Origin: Bacteroidales bacterium
Lineage (GTDB): Bacteria; Bacteroidota; Bacteroidia; Bacteroidales; ML635J-15
Direction of reading: 5' to 3'
Length of the DNA stretch: 64,000 bases
NCBI GenBank assembly: GCA_017620015.1
Contig: JAFZRE010000001.1
Location: forward strand, 35,968-99,967
Shown piece by piece: positions 1 through 8,476 of the stretch. The position numbers and the translations under genes were made by a program. Position 1 is the first letter of the stretch. The number at the start of each line of letters is the position of its first letter. Below the pieces are notes generated by a model. It was not told the origin of the DNA and did not search any database. It saw only the letters and a list, made by a program, of their open reading frames with translations.

Positions 1-1503
1 ACAACGCTCAACGCCTCGGTAGTATCGCTGAACAACAAGGCCGGCATAACAATCTTCGCCTCGGCACGACAGCGCAGTCCGTTCGACTACGACAACGACG
101 GCTTTACCGAAATCGGCAAGATAAACGCCAAGAACATAGGTTTCCGTGGCTATCTGAAAACAAGCGACTACACAAAGTTGTCGGTTGAATACCACACGCT
201 TGACGAATTCAGGCGCGGGGGAAACAACCTCACACTACCAGCCCACGAAGCCGACATTACCGAACAGACCGAACACAAGATACACTGCGCAGGACTGAAA
301 TACGATATTTTCAGTAAAAACAGCAAGCATTGGTTCCAAATCTACTCGTCGCTACAAAACATCGACCGCAACAGCTACTACGGCACAGGCAAAGACCCCA
401 ACGCCTACGGAAACACAAAGGATTTTGCATCTGTGAGCGGATTCCAGTATGTATTCTATATGGACAAATTCCTTTTCATGCCAGCGACCTTGACTTCTGG
501 AATCGAATACAACTACAACTCGCTGTACGACGAATCGATTGGTTACAACAGGATTATCGAACAGAAAATCAACATCTACAGCGCATTCATACAGAACGAG
601 TGGCACAAGGAAAAACTATCTTTCCTCATCGGCGGACGTATCGACAAGCACAATATGGTAAAGAATCCAATCATAAGTCCGCGTGGTAACATCAGGTACT
701 CACCGCTGAAATGGATGTCGTTGCGTGCCGGTTATGCAATGGGATTCCGTGCGCCACAGGCGTTCAACGAAGACCTTCACATTGCAGCCGTTGGTGGCGA
801 AGTGTCACTTATCAGCATCGACCCTGCACTGAAGCCTGAGAAGTCGCATTCGGCAAACGCATCTATCGATTTCAATACAAAATGGTCGAGTTCCGCTATT
901 GATTTCCTAGTCGAAGGTTTCTACACAGTGCTTAACGACGTGTTCATCCTTGAAGAAAACGGACATGATGCGGCTGGCAACCTATTGTTAACCAGAACCA
1001 ACGGAAGCGGAGCGACTGTCGCTGGCGTAAATTTCGAACTTAAATACATTCCTACCAAGAAGCTTGAAATACAGGCAGGATTCACCTATCAGCAAAGCCG
1101 TTACAAGCAACCCGAAGTGTGGAGCGAAACCATCGAAGCACAAAGGCGGATGTTCCGCACGCCCGACACATACGGCTTCCTAACCGTTTACTATTCACCG
1201 CTGAAGGATTTTGACATTTCACTTTCGGGAACATATACAGGCTCTATGCTCGTGCAGCATTTCGCAGGCTACATAGCCGAAGATGCCGAAACAACAACAA
1301 AGCCATTCTTCGACACGAACTTAAAACTTTCGTACTCTTTCAAGCTAAAGGACGACTTGAGCCTTGAAGTAAGTGCAGGGATGAAAAACATTTTCAACAG
1401 CTACCAGCGCGACTTTGACCAGGGCGAACTTCGCGATGCGGGATACATTTATGGTCCTAGTTTGCCGAGAAGTGTATTCTTCGGATTGAAGTTTTCAATG
1501 TAA
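1..1503 (+). CDS. TonB-dependent outer-membrane receptor, C-terminal beta-barrel portion (5' end lies upstream of the window)
   Basis: Frame 1 is open from base 1. The listed ORF 178..1503 starts at an internal TTG. The sequence has an alternating beta-strand pattern and the terminal ...RSVFFGLKFSM ending typical of TonB-dependent receptor barrels. Confidence 0.75.
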   Translation, partial: TTLNASVVSLNNKAGITIFASARQRSPFDYDNDGFTEIGKINAKNIGFRGYLKTSDYTKLSVEYHTLDEFRRGGNNLTLPAHEADITEQTEHKIHCAGLKYDIFSKNSKHWFQIYSSLQNIDRNSYYGTGKDPNAYGNTKDFASVSGFQYVFYMDKFLFMPATLTSGIEYNYNSLYDESIGYNRIIEQKINIYSAFIQNEWHKEKLSFLIGGRIDKHNMVKNPIISPRGNIRYSPLKWMSLRAGYAMGFRAPQAFNEDLHIAAVGGEVSLISIDPALKPEKSHSANASIDFNTKWSSSAIDFLVEGFYTVLNDVFILEENGHDAAGNLLLTRTNGSGATVAGVNFELKYIPTKKLEIQAGFTYQQSRYKQPEVWSETIEAQRRMFRTPDTYGFLTVYYSPLKDFDISLSGTYTGSMLVQHFAGYIAEDAETTTKPFFDTNLKLSYSFKLKDDLSLEVSAGMKNIFNSYQRDFDQGELRDAGYIYGPSLPRSVFFGLKFSM

Positions 1504-1715
1504 AGGCTGCACCGTTTGATGGGCTTCGCCCGTTTCTAGGTTTGATGGCTAACGCCGTTTGAGTGTTTAACTTCGTTGAGGGCTACTTGTGCTGAGCGCA
1601 GTCGAAGTACGCCGTTCACGTTTCTATGGCTAAAGCCGTTTCTAAGTTTCTATGGCTAACGCCGTTTCAATGTTTCAATGGCTGCGCCGTTTGAAGTGTT
1701 TATAGTTTCCAAATT

Positions 1716-1741
1716 GTAGAAACGTTGCGTGCAACGTCTAC
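1716..1741. repeat. REP-like GTAG-headed palindrome
   Basis: gtagaaACGTTGCgtGCAACGTctac: a 7-bp inner stem plus a 4-bp GTAG/CTAC outer stem with a 2-nt bulge. Confidence 0.8.
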
Positions 1742-1855
1742 TATGTTTGAATGTTTCACGTTTCTATGGCTAAAGCCGTTTCTAAGTTTCTATGGCCAAC
1801 GCCGTTTCAAGGTTTCAATGGCTGCGCCGTTTGATGGTTTTATAGTTTCCAAATT

Positions 1856-1881
1856 GTAGAAACGTTGCGTGCAACGTTTAC
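1856..1881. repeat. REP-like GTAG-headed palindrome (second copy; the outer stem has one G-T pair)
   Basis: gtagaaacgttgcgtgcaacgtttac. Confidence 0.8.
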
Positions 1882-1905
1882 TATAGCGTCGCCACAGATT
1901 AGCCC

Positions 1906-1985
1906 ATTATCCATTGTTAATTATCCATTATCCATTGTTAATTATCCATTGTTAATTATCCATTGTTAATTATCCATTGTTAATT
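1906..1985 (+). repeat. 14-bp tandem repeat ATTATCCATTGTTA (5 full units plus one 7-bp half unit)
   Basis: Read directly: attatccattgtta/attatcc/attatccattgtta x4. Confidence 0.95.
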
Positions 1986-2060
1986 GGTTAGTATCTATTT
2001 GTAAAAAGACAAGGGATTTTCATTTTTTTTGTACATATTTGCAACGTAAAACAGATTGAT

Positions 2061-3437
2061 ATGAAGAAGCTCATCATAATAGCCATATTATTGGCAGTCA
2101 CTACATTTGTCAATGCACAGAAATATGTGTTCCTGTTCATTGGCGACGGTATGGGACAAGCCGACATCGACCTTTACGAAGCCTACCTGGCCGAGAAGGA
2201 CGGAAAAAGCGGATTCGTCCAGTCGAACATCAGCAAAATTCCATTTCTGTCGATGTGCAGTACCCATTGCAAGAACCGCAGAATCACCGATTCGGGCGCA
2301 GCAGGTTCGGCTATTGCCTGCGGACAAAAGTTCAACGTTGGCGAAATCGCATACTCCGAAACAGGAAACCAACCCAAGTCGATAGCAAAGGTCGCCAAGG
2401 AAAAAGGCATGAAGGTGGGCATTATTAGCACCGCACCGATGAATCACGCCACACCAGCCGCTTTCTATGCAAACCAGCCGACACGCAAAAACTACTATCA
2501 AATAGGTCTTCAGCTTTCCGAAAGCAACTTCGACTTCTTCGGTGGTGGCGGATTGCTTAAGCAAACCGGCAACAAAAAGGACGAGAAAGACCTTATGACA
2601 ATATACCAGGAAGAAGGCTATCTGACTTTCACATCACTCAAGGCAATCGCCTCAATGAAAAGCCATAATAATAAGGTAATCTTTACAAACGAGACTCTTG
2701 ACCGCGACGCGAGCATACCGTACAAGATCGACAGGGAAGATTCGCCAAACAACTCGCTCGCCGAAATCGTTGAAACCGCAATCGTACACCTGGACAATCC
2801 CAAAGGCTTCTTCATGATGGTGGAAGGTGGGAAAATAGACTATGCCGCACACGACAACGATGCAGGTTCAATCATCGGCGAAATGGAAGATTTCGACAAT
2901 GCAATCGCCGAAGCATACAAATTCTATATGCAACACAAGGACGAAACAATGATTATCATCACTGCCGACCACGAGACTGGCGGTGTTTCGCTCGGAATCG
3001 CTGAAAATGGTTACGAATCGGACTTTGGAATACTTAGCAAACAAAAAATGTCGATGTCGAAGTTCGGAACAATCATAAAGAAGCAGACCAAAAACGACGA
3101 AAACGTTTCTATGAAAGATTATACAGACTTGGCTTCCAAATACTTTATGGGAGTAGAAATGGATTTCTCGGCAGACGAACAAGCAATCCTGAACGAAGCA
3201 TACGCCGCCGTAAATGCGAAATCCAACCGTGCAAAGGACGAAGCCAAATCGAAATACAACGGCAACAACCCTATGGCTTACGCTTTCTGCCAAATTATGA
3301 ACAGAAGGGCTTCCGTTGGCTTCTCGACAAATGCTCACACATGCGCAAAAGTTCCGGTTTATGCCGTTGGAACTACCACCCCAATTCTCGACAATACGGA
3401 GATTTTCGGTGTGATAAAGTCATTCATTGAAAAATAA
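2061..3437 (+). CDS. phoA: alkaline phosphatase (PhoA family), secreted
   Basis: N-terminal signal peptide. FIGDGMG metal-site motif, active-site TDSGAAGSA (the D-S-A-A motif class) and ADHETGG near the C-terminal third. Confidence 0.85.
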   Translation: MKKLIIIAILLAVTTFVNAQKYVFLFIGDGMGQADIDLYEAYLAEKDGKSGFVQSNISKIPFLSMCSTHCKNRRITDSGAAGSAIACGQKFNVGEIAYSETGNQPKSIAKVAKEKGMKVGIISTAPMNHATPAAFYANQPTRKNYYQIGLQLSESNFDFFGGGGLLKQTGNKKDEKDLMTIYQEEGYLTFTSLKAIASMKSHNNKVIFTNETLDRDASIPYKIDREDSPNNSLAEIVETAIVHLDNPKGFFMMVEGGKIDYAAHDNDAGSIIGEMEDFDNAIAEAYKFYMQHKDETMIIITADHETGGVSLGIAENGYESDFGILSKQKMSMSKFGTIIKKQTKNDENVSMKDYTDLASKYFMGVEMDFSADEQAILNEAYAAVNAKSNRAKDEAKSKYNGNNPMAYAFCQIMNRRASVGFSTNAHTCAKVPVYAVGTTTPILDNTEIFGVIKSFIEK

Positions 3438-3463
3438 TATAACAACAAATAAATTTTTTCGAT

Positions 3464-4489
3464 ATGCAGAATTTAGAATGGTCAAAACTCCCGTTCGGAT
3501 ACGTAAAGACGAACTACAATGTACGTTGCGTTTGGAAAAACGGCAAATGGGGAGAAATCGAAGTTAGTGATTCGGAATACATCAACATCCACATCGCCTC
3601 CACCGCATTGCACTACGGACAGGAAGCTTTCGAAGGTATGAAGGCATACCGTGGCAAGGACGGCAAGGTTCGTTTGTTCCGCTGGGAAGAAAACTGCAAG
3701 CGACTCAAGGACTCGGCAGCCGGCATCTATATGGCACAGGTTGACGACAAGCTGTTCTTCGATATGGTAAAGAAGGTTGTGGAACTCAATGCCGACTTCA
3801 TTCCTCCATACGGAACTGGCGCTTCGTTGTATATCCGTCCGTTGCTCTACGGTTCGGGCGCAAAGGTTGGTGTTCATCCTGCCGACGAATACACATTCCT
3901 CATCTTTGTAACTCCGGTTGGTCCTTACTTCAAGGAAGGTTTCAACCCTGTAAAGATCGCTATCATCAGGGATTCGGACCGTGCTGCTCCACTCGGAACA
4001 GGAACAATGAAGGTTGGCGGAAACTATGCAGCAAGCTTCCGTGGTCTCGAAAAGGCTCACGAAGCAGGTTATGGCTCTCCAATGTACTTGGATTGCCGCG
4101 AAAAGAAGTACATCGACGAAATCGGTGCCGCAAACTTCTTCGCAATCAAGGACAACACCTATATTACACCTAAGTCAACATCAATCCTTCCGTCAATCAC
4201 CAACAAGAGCCTCGAAGAGGTTGCCAAGTACATTGGCTTGAAGGTTGAAAGACGTCCAGTTGACGTTGCCGAACTTCCTACTTTCGAGGAAGCAGGCGCT
4301 TGCGGAACAGCAGCAGTAATTTCTCCAATCGGCGAAATCGTTGACATCGACGAAAACAAGCACTACGTTTACTGCCCCGACGGCAAGCCAGGCAAGTGGT
4401 CAACCAAGATGTACGAAACTCTTGTAGGCATCCAGTACGGCGATATTCCAGACCCGTTCGGATGGATTACAATACTTGAAAACATCTAA
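3464..4489 (+). CDS. ilvE: branched-chain amino acid aminotransferase (class IV PLP enzyme)
   Basis: 341 aa with HYGQEAFEGMKAYR, YIRPL and KVGGNYAAS motifs characteristic of IlvE. Confidence 0.9.
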   Translation: MQNLEWSKLPFGYVKTNYNVRCVWKNGKWGEIEVSDSEYINIHIASTALHYGQEAFEGMKAYRGKDGKVRLFRWEENCKRLKDSAAGIYMAQVDDKLFFDMVKKVVELNADFIPPYGTGASLYIRPLLYGSGAKVGVHPADEYTFLIFVTPVGPYFKEGFNPVKIAIIRDSDRAAPLGTGTMKVGGNYAASFRGLEKAHEAGYGSPMYLDCREKKYIDEIGAANFFAIKDNTYITPKSTSILPSITNKSLEEVAKYIGLKVERRPVDVAELPTFEEAGACGTAAVISPIGEIVDIDENKHYVYCPDGKPGKWSTKMYETLVGIQYGDIPDPFGWITILENI

Positions 4490-4555
4490 TCGGATACAGG
4501 AATTTTATGTTGTAAAATATCTTCAAAAAATTGATACAGCGAATACTTTATTTAA

Positions 4556-4563
4556 TAACTTTG
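4556..4563 (+). promoter_or_regulatory. -7 box TAACTTTG upstream of gap
   Basis: Matches TAnnTTTG, 26 nt before ATG 4589. Confidence 0.5.
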
Positions 4564-4588
4564 CAGAAATTTAAAAACAATAAATATT

Positions 4589-5596
4589 ATGGCTAAAATA
4601 AAAGTAGCAATTAACGGTTTTGGTCGCATCGGTCGTAATGTATTTAAGATTGCATTCGGACGCGACAATATAGAAATTATCGGTATCAACGACCTTACTG
4701 ATACCAAAACATTGGCACACCTGCTGAAGTACGACTCGACTCAGGGCAAGTTCGACAAGGAAGTTTCCTACAACGACAGCGCTATCATCGTAAACGGCAA
4801 GGAAATTAAGGTTAGTGCAGAAAGAAATCCTGCTAACATTCCATGGCCGGAAACTCCTGACGTAGTTATCGAATCGACTGGTCTTTTCACCAGCAAGGAA
4901 AGTCCTAAGGGCGGTTACCGCGACCACCTGAAGAACGGTGCAAAGAAGGTTATCCTTACCGTTCCTGCAAAGGACGACATCGATGCAATGGTTGTTCTTG
5001 GTGTTAACGAAGAAGTTCTCACAAAGGACGTACAGTGCGTTTCAAACGCTTCCTGCACAACCAACTGCCTCGCTCCTATCGCAAAGGTTCTCAACGACAA
5101 CTTCGGCATCGAATACGGTCTTATGACTACAATCCACTCGTACACCAACGACCAGATTGTTCTCGATGGTCCACACAAAGACCTCAGAAGAGCTCGTTCG
5201 TGCGCTGTTTCGCAGATTCCTACCACTACTGGTGCTGCAAAGGCTGTAGGTAAGGTTCTCCCAGCTCTCAATGGCAAACTCGATGGTATGGCAGTTCGCG
5301 TACCAACCCCAACTGGTTCATCAGTTGACCTCGTTTGCTTATTGAAGAAGGACGTAACTATCGAAGAAGTTAACGCAGCAATAAAGAAAGCAGCAGAAGG
5401 TCCAATGAAGGGTATCATCGAATACTCGGAAGAACCTCTCGTATCAATCGACATCGTTCACAACTCACATTCGTCAATTTTCGACGCTCAGTCAACAATG
5501 CTCAAGGGCCGTCTCTTGAAGACCTTGACATGGTACGACAACGAATGGGGTTATTCAAACCGCGTTGCTGAACTCATCGAAAAGCTGAAATTCTAA
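4589..5596 (+). CDS. gap: type I glyceraldehyde-3-phosphate dehydrogenase
   Basis: INGFGRIGRNV Rossmann motif, catalytic SNASCTTNCLAP, and WYDNEWGYS near the C-terminus. Confidence 0.95.
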   Translation: MAKIKVAINGFGRIGRNVFKIAFGRDNIEIIGINDLTDTKTLAHLLKYDSTQGKFDKEVSYNDSAIIVNGKEIKVSAERNPANIPWPETPDVVIESTGLFTSKESPKGGYRDHLKNGAKKVILTVPAKDDIDAMVVLGVNEEVLTKDVQCVSNASCTTNCLAPIAKVLNDNFGIEYGLMTTIHSYTNDQIVLDGPHKDLRRARSCAVSQIPTTTGAAKAVGKVLPALNGKLDGMAVRVPTPTGSSVDLVCLLKKDVTIEEVNAAIKKAAEGPMKGIIEYSEEPLVSIDIVHNSHSSIFDAQSTMLKGRLLKTLTWYDNEWGYSNRVAELIEKLKF

Positions 5597-5620
5597 AGAA
5601 TTTTCACATCATTAGATAAA

Positions 5621-5650
5621 GGGAGAGCGGAAGTTCTCCCTTTTATTTTT
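5621..5650 (+). terminator. rho-independent terminator of gap
   Basis: GGGAGA-gcggaagt-TCTCCC followed by TTTTATTTTT. Confidence 0.8.
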
Positions 5651-5708
5651 CTCACAAAACAATTGTATTCCACAAATATTGTTATTTTTGCCCCAAATAG
5701 GTATTATT

Positions 5709-6185
5709 ATGTCACGAATATACGACTACAAGGCCATAATGAGCAACGGACAAGTGCTCGATTTTTCCCAATTCAGAGGCAAAGTATTGCTGATTGTCAA
5801 CACAGCAAGCAAATGCGGTTTTACCCCACAATTCGCAGGACTGGAAGAACTAAACCAGAAATACAAGGACAAAGGGCTTGTAGTCATCGGATTTCCATGC
5901 AACCAGTTTGCACATCAGGACCCGGGTACCGACAGCGAAATTTCAAGTTTCTGTCAGCTCAACTACGGCGTGACATTCCAGATGATGAAAAAAGTCGATG
6001 TCAACGGCGAGAACGCCCACCCTATCTTCAAATACCTTACTAGTGAAACAAGGGGATTCCTAGGCAAAAAGATAAAATGGAATTTCACCAAGTTCCTCAT
6101 CTCACGCGATGGCACAAAAATCAAACGCTATCCACCGACCAAAGCACCAAAGAAAATAGAGAAGGACATAGAAGGAATGATTTAG
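5709..6185 (+). CDS. glutathione peroxidase (Cys type)
   Basis: NTASKCGFTPQF (the Cys is TGC, not TGA), FPCNQF and WNFTKFLISRDG motifs. The start was moved to ATG 5709 (MSRIYDY...) within listed ORF 5679..6185. Confidence 0.9.
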   Translation: MSRIYDYKAIMSNGQVLDFSQFRGKVLLIVNTASKCGFTPQFAGLEELNQKYKDKGLVVIGFPCNQFAHQDPGTDSEISSFCQLNYGVTFQMMKKVDVNGENAHPIFKYLTSETRGFLGKKIKWNFTKFLISRDGTKIKRYPPTKAPKKIEKDIEGMI

Positions 6186-6202
6186 GGATTCGCACGTTTA
6201 TT

Positions 6203-6270
6203 GGTTCAAGGTTCAAAAGTTCAATGTTCAAAGTTTAAAGTTCAAAGTTCAAGAGTTTAAGAGTTCATTG
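6203..6270. repeat. degenerate period-8/9 word array GTTCAA(A/G)(A/G)
   Basis: ggttcaag gttcaaaa gttcaatg ttcaaagt ttaaagttc aaagttcaag agtttaag agttcatt, between the convergent gpx and M64 genes. Confidence 0.85.
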
Positions 6271-6278
6271 GCAGACGT

Positions 6279-7550
6279 TTACTTGCAATAAAACTCAATC
6301 ATCTTAACAATTGCCCGCTGGCACACTGGACAGAACGCATCGCAACCGAAATGGTTCATAAGGCAATCCTGCATAGGACGATATAAACCTTTTCGCAGAT
6401 AACCTGCACCTTCGTAAACACCAACCTTGTCATTGTATTCCGAGGTTTCCGGCGTTGGAACGGGCGTCCCCTGCTCCACCATATCCTTCCACTTGGAGTC
6501 GAAATCGACCAAAGTCGTAACATTCGGGTCGGCTGGCTCCAACTTCAAGTTGTAGAAATCGTTGTACTCCGAACCTCCTACATACTCGTCACCAAGTCCG
6601 GCAAAGCCGTGGCCAAACTCGTGAACAATGATTTTACCTGCCATCTTGTTCGAATTAACTCCTGTACAATACCAGTTGAAAATTCCGCCACCGCCATATT
6701 TGGTGCTGTTTACAAGAATGTAAATCTGGTCGTAAGGTGCATTGGCGGCCACGTCGCGCAAAGTCTTGTTGTCGGTGGTCATAAGGTAGCGTTCGCTACC
6801 GAGCGACCAGTACGAACAACTGACAATGGTATTCTTCCACACACCCTTGCAAGGCTCGTCAACACCCGACTCCTGCGAAGGCGCCAAAACTGCGTGGATA
6901 TTGAAGTCGTCCTTATGCGAGGTGTAAGGCTCGTACTTGAAAAATTCGTTCTTGAACTTCTCGCAGTCCTTCTTGAACAACGACATCTGCGAAGCCGTAT
7001 AGCCATCTGGGACAATCACAATATCGACCTTGCGGTTGGCATCACCTCCCTTGTGAACCTCGTACACGGGAAACTTGTTGCGATTATCGTGTTTTATCAG
7101 GCAAACATCGGCAGGATTGATGTCGTAGCGGTATTTTTCGACATATTTTCCAGTCTCGAAAGCCTTTGTGCAGAACACAACCGTTACCTCAGCCTTAGGA
7201 TAAGGAAACACAACCGACTCGGAGAAACTTTTCTGCACCGTGCGAGCCTCGTCAACAGTCTGCCACTCACCGAAAAGCGTCGAATACGAACGGCTGTAAA
7301 TCAACGTTCCCGAAGCCTTGTCGAGAACCTTTACCAGATACTTGCCAAAGTTTGTATCGTCAATAAGATTCACCAAGGAACCTCCCCAGTACGGCTCGGC
7401 AATGACCTCATCAATATAATAGTAGTCGTTCTTGCTGTCACCGGCGTGATAATAATCCACACGCATAGTCCTATTCTCGAAATACTTGTCGAACTGACCG
7501 AAAACAGCCACAGAAACAAGCGAAAGCAAAATTGTCAGTATATTTTTCAT
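6279..7550 (-). CDS. M64-family (IgA-peptidase-like) zinc metallopeptidase, secreted
   Basis: Signal peptide, HEFGHGFAGLGDEY zinc motif and overall length fit Peptidase_M64. Confidence 0.75.
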   Translation of the reverse strand: MKNILTILLSLVSVAVFGQFDKYFENRTMRVDYYHAGDSKNDYYYIDEVIAEPYWGGSLVNLIDDTNFGKYLVKVLDKASGTLIYSRSYSTLFGEWQTVDEARTVQKSFSESVVFPYPKAEVTVVFCTKAFETGKYVEKYRYDINPADVCLIKHDNRNKFPVYEVHKGGDANRKVDIVIVPDGYTASQMSLFKKDCEKFKNEFFKYEPYTSHKDDFNIHAVLAPSQESGVDEPCKGVWKNTIVSCSYWSLGSERYLMTTDNKTLRDVAANAPYDQIYILVNSTKYGGGGIFNWYCTGVNSNKMAGKIIVHEFGHGFAGLGDEYVGGSEYNDFYNLKLEPADPNVTTLVDFDSKWKDMVEQGTPVPTPETSEYNDKVGVYEGAGYLRKGLYRPMQDCLMNHFGCDAFCPVCQRAIVKMIEFYCK

Positions 7551-7553
7551 ATC

Positions 7554-8207
7554 CTATTGATTTTTATATTCCTCAGTAAAAACAAAACGGACAGACTTTT
7601 CGTCCATCTCAATCTCCACCACACGCATAAGCATTAGGTTTACAAGCACATCCTCGACCTTGCGCACTGGCATTCCAGTAAAATGCACGATAAATTCCTT
7701 GGTCACAAATCCGCTGATGCGAATCTCATCGACAATAAGTTTCATTACGTCGTCGTAGAACAATTCTGACGGCACAAAACTCTTCGACTGCCGCCAGTAG
7801 CGGACAAGTTCGGGCGGAGCAAGCACATTCTTGTCGTCGCAACGGACAAAAGCCACCATGTCGCCACGCACGTCGGGAGCATAATGCGGAAGCTTGTCGC
7901 TTTTTTCGACCACCACCTCAAGCACGGTCTTACCCTCTACCCGATGGCTGATTGTCGTGTATTCCACTACGGGATAAGTATATAGCATTGCGGCGGTCTC
8001 GATCATATAGCATTCCTCCTCGGAACTTACGCCAGCAATCGAGCCATTGTCACGCACACCTATCAGCAGCGAACCACCGTCGGTGTTGGCATACGCAGCA
8101 AGCGAACGGGCGATTTTCCCAGAATCGCTTATGCAGTGCTTGAAGTCAAGGTGCAAGCCCTCGCCTTCGGCAATACGTTCAAGCAGTTCGTTACGTTGAG
8201 AATCCAT
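7554..8207 (-). CDS. AlbA_2 (Schlafen-type) DNA-binding domain protein with C-terminal wHTH-like region
   Basis: EGLHLDFKH...SLAAYANTDGGSLLIGVRDNGSIAGV matches the AlbA_2 core. ATG 8207 was chosen as the start because a TATTTTTG -7 box lies at 8228..8235 (-), upstream of it. Confidence 0.65.
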   Translation of the reverse strand: MDSQRNELLERIAEGEGLHLDFKHCISDSGKIARSLAAYANTDGGSLLIGVRDNGSIAGVSSEEECYMIETAAMLYTYPVVEYTTISHRVEGKTVLEVVVEKSDKLPHYAPDVRGDMVAFVRCDDKNVLAPPELVRYWRQSKSFVPSELFYDDVMKLIVDEIRISGFVTKEFIVHFTGMPVRKVEDVLVNLMLMRVVEIEMDEKSVRFVFTEEYKNQ

Positions 8208-8227
8208 ACTAAAAAAATTTAGCACTG

Positions 8228-8235
8228 CAAAAATA
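8228..8235 (-). promoter_or_regulatory. -7 box TATTTTTG upstream of the AlbA_2 gene
   Basis: Matches TAnnTTTG on the minus strand. Confidence 0.45.
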
Positions 8236-8262
8236 ACACTAATCTACCAAATCCACACCATC

Positions 8263-8465
8263 GTCATTTACTTGCTTCGCTGCGTGAGCTAAAGGTACGG
8301 AAGCTAGTCGGAACGCGCGATACGGTAGTGGAGCGTTGTGAAGACTGCTATCCGCAATCTCCTTTGATTACTAATGGGAGATTGGCTACGCCGAGCTGAA
8401 GGTACCGTACAAACAGGCTCACACGACACGTTCCTTAGTCGGTTCGCTTTGTTTTACGGAATGAC
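8263..8465 (-). ncRNA. candidate structured intergenic element, copy 1 (about 203 nt): long imperfect hairpin with an apical 8-bp stem-loop
   Basis: Helices GTGAGC(8284-89)/GCTCAC(8417-22), GTACGG(8295-8300)/CCGTAC(8405-10) and CAATCTCC(8355-62)/GGAGATTG(8377-84). Both ends are homologous to the element at 24498..24617. The strand is assigned only by analogy with copy 2. Confidence 0.35.
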
Positions 8466-8476
8466 ATTTCCTTTTT

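Larger units (their letters stand above)
1614..1884 (+). repeat. tandem duplication of a ~131-bp composite unit (copies 1614..1744 and 1754..1884, offset 140 bp, about 6 mismatches)
   Basis: Aligned directly by eye. Each copy holds three ATGGCT-N2-3-GCCGTTT mini-hairpins and ends with a GTAG...(C/T)TAC palindrome. Confidence 0.9.

Noticed and set aside
330-689. Numerous 60-190-aa ORFs nested in alternative frames of annotated genes, for example 330..689, 2088..2564, 3482..4060, 4915..5454, 30921..31280 and 32504..32965.
   Set aside because: They overlap well-supported genes, lack motifs and have biased, repetitive composition. I treat them as frame-shadow ORFs.
1906-1985. The 14-bp tandem repeat as a CRISPR array, or as a DnaA-box cluster/oriC (TTATCCA resembles the first 7 nt of the DnaA box TTATCCACA).
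   Set aside because: There are no spacers between the repeats and the unit is far too short for CRISPR. The last two DnaA-box positions (CA) are TT in every unit. No dnaA/dnaN or AT-rich unwinding element is adjacent, and the related array at 33638-33692 lacks the TTATCCA core.
5709-6185. Possible selenocysteine-containing glutathione peroxidase.
   Set aside because: The active-site residue is encoded by TGC (Cys) with no in-frame TGA.
8226-8476. Known housekeeping RNAs (tmRNA, RNase P RNA, SRP RNA, 6S RNA) or a riboswitch in this 250-nt spacer.
   Set aside because: None of the signatures I can recall is present: the RNase P GAGGAAAGTCC block, the tmRNA tag ORF with a tRNA-like end, or the SRP GGAA/AGCA motif. 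The resemblance to 6S RNA is limited to being a long imperfect hairpin. The presence of 2-3 divergent copies argues for a repeat family rather than a single-copy housekeeping RNA.
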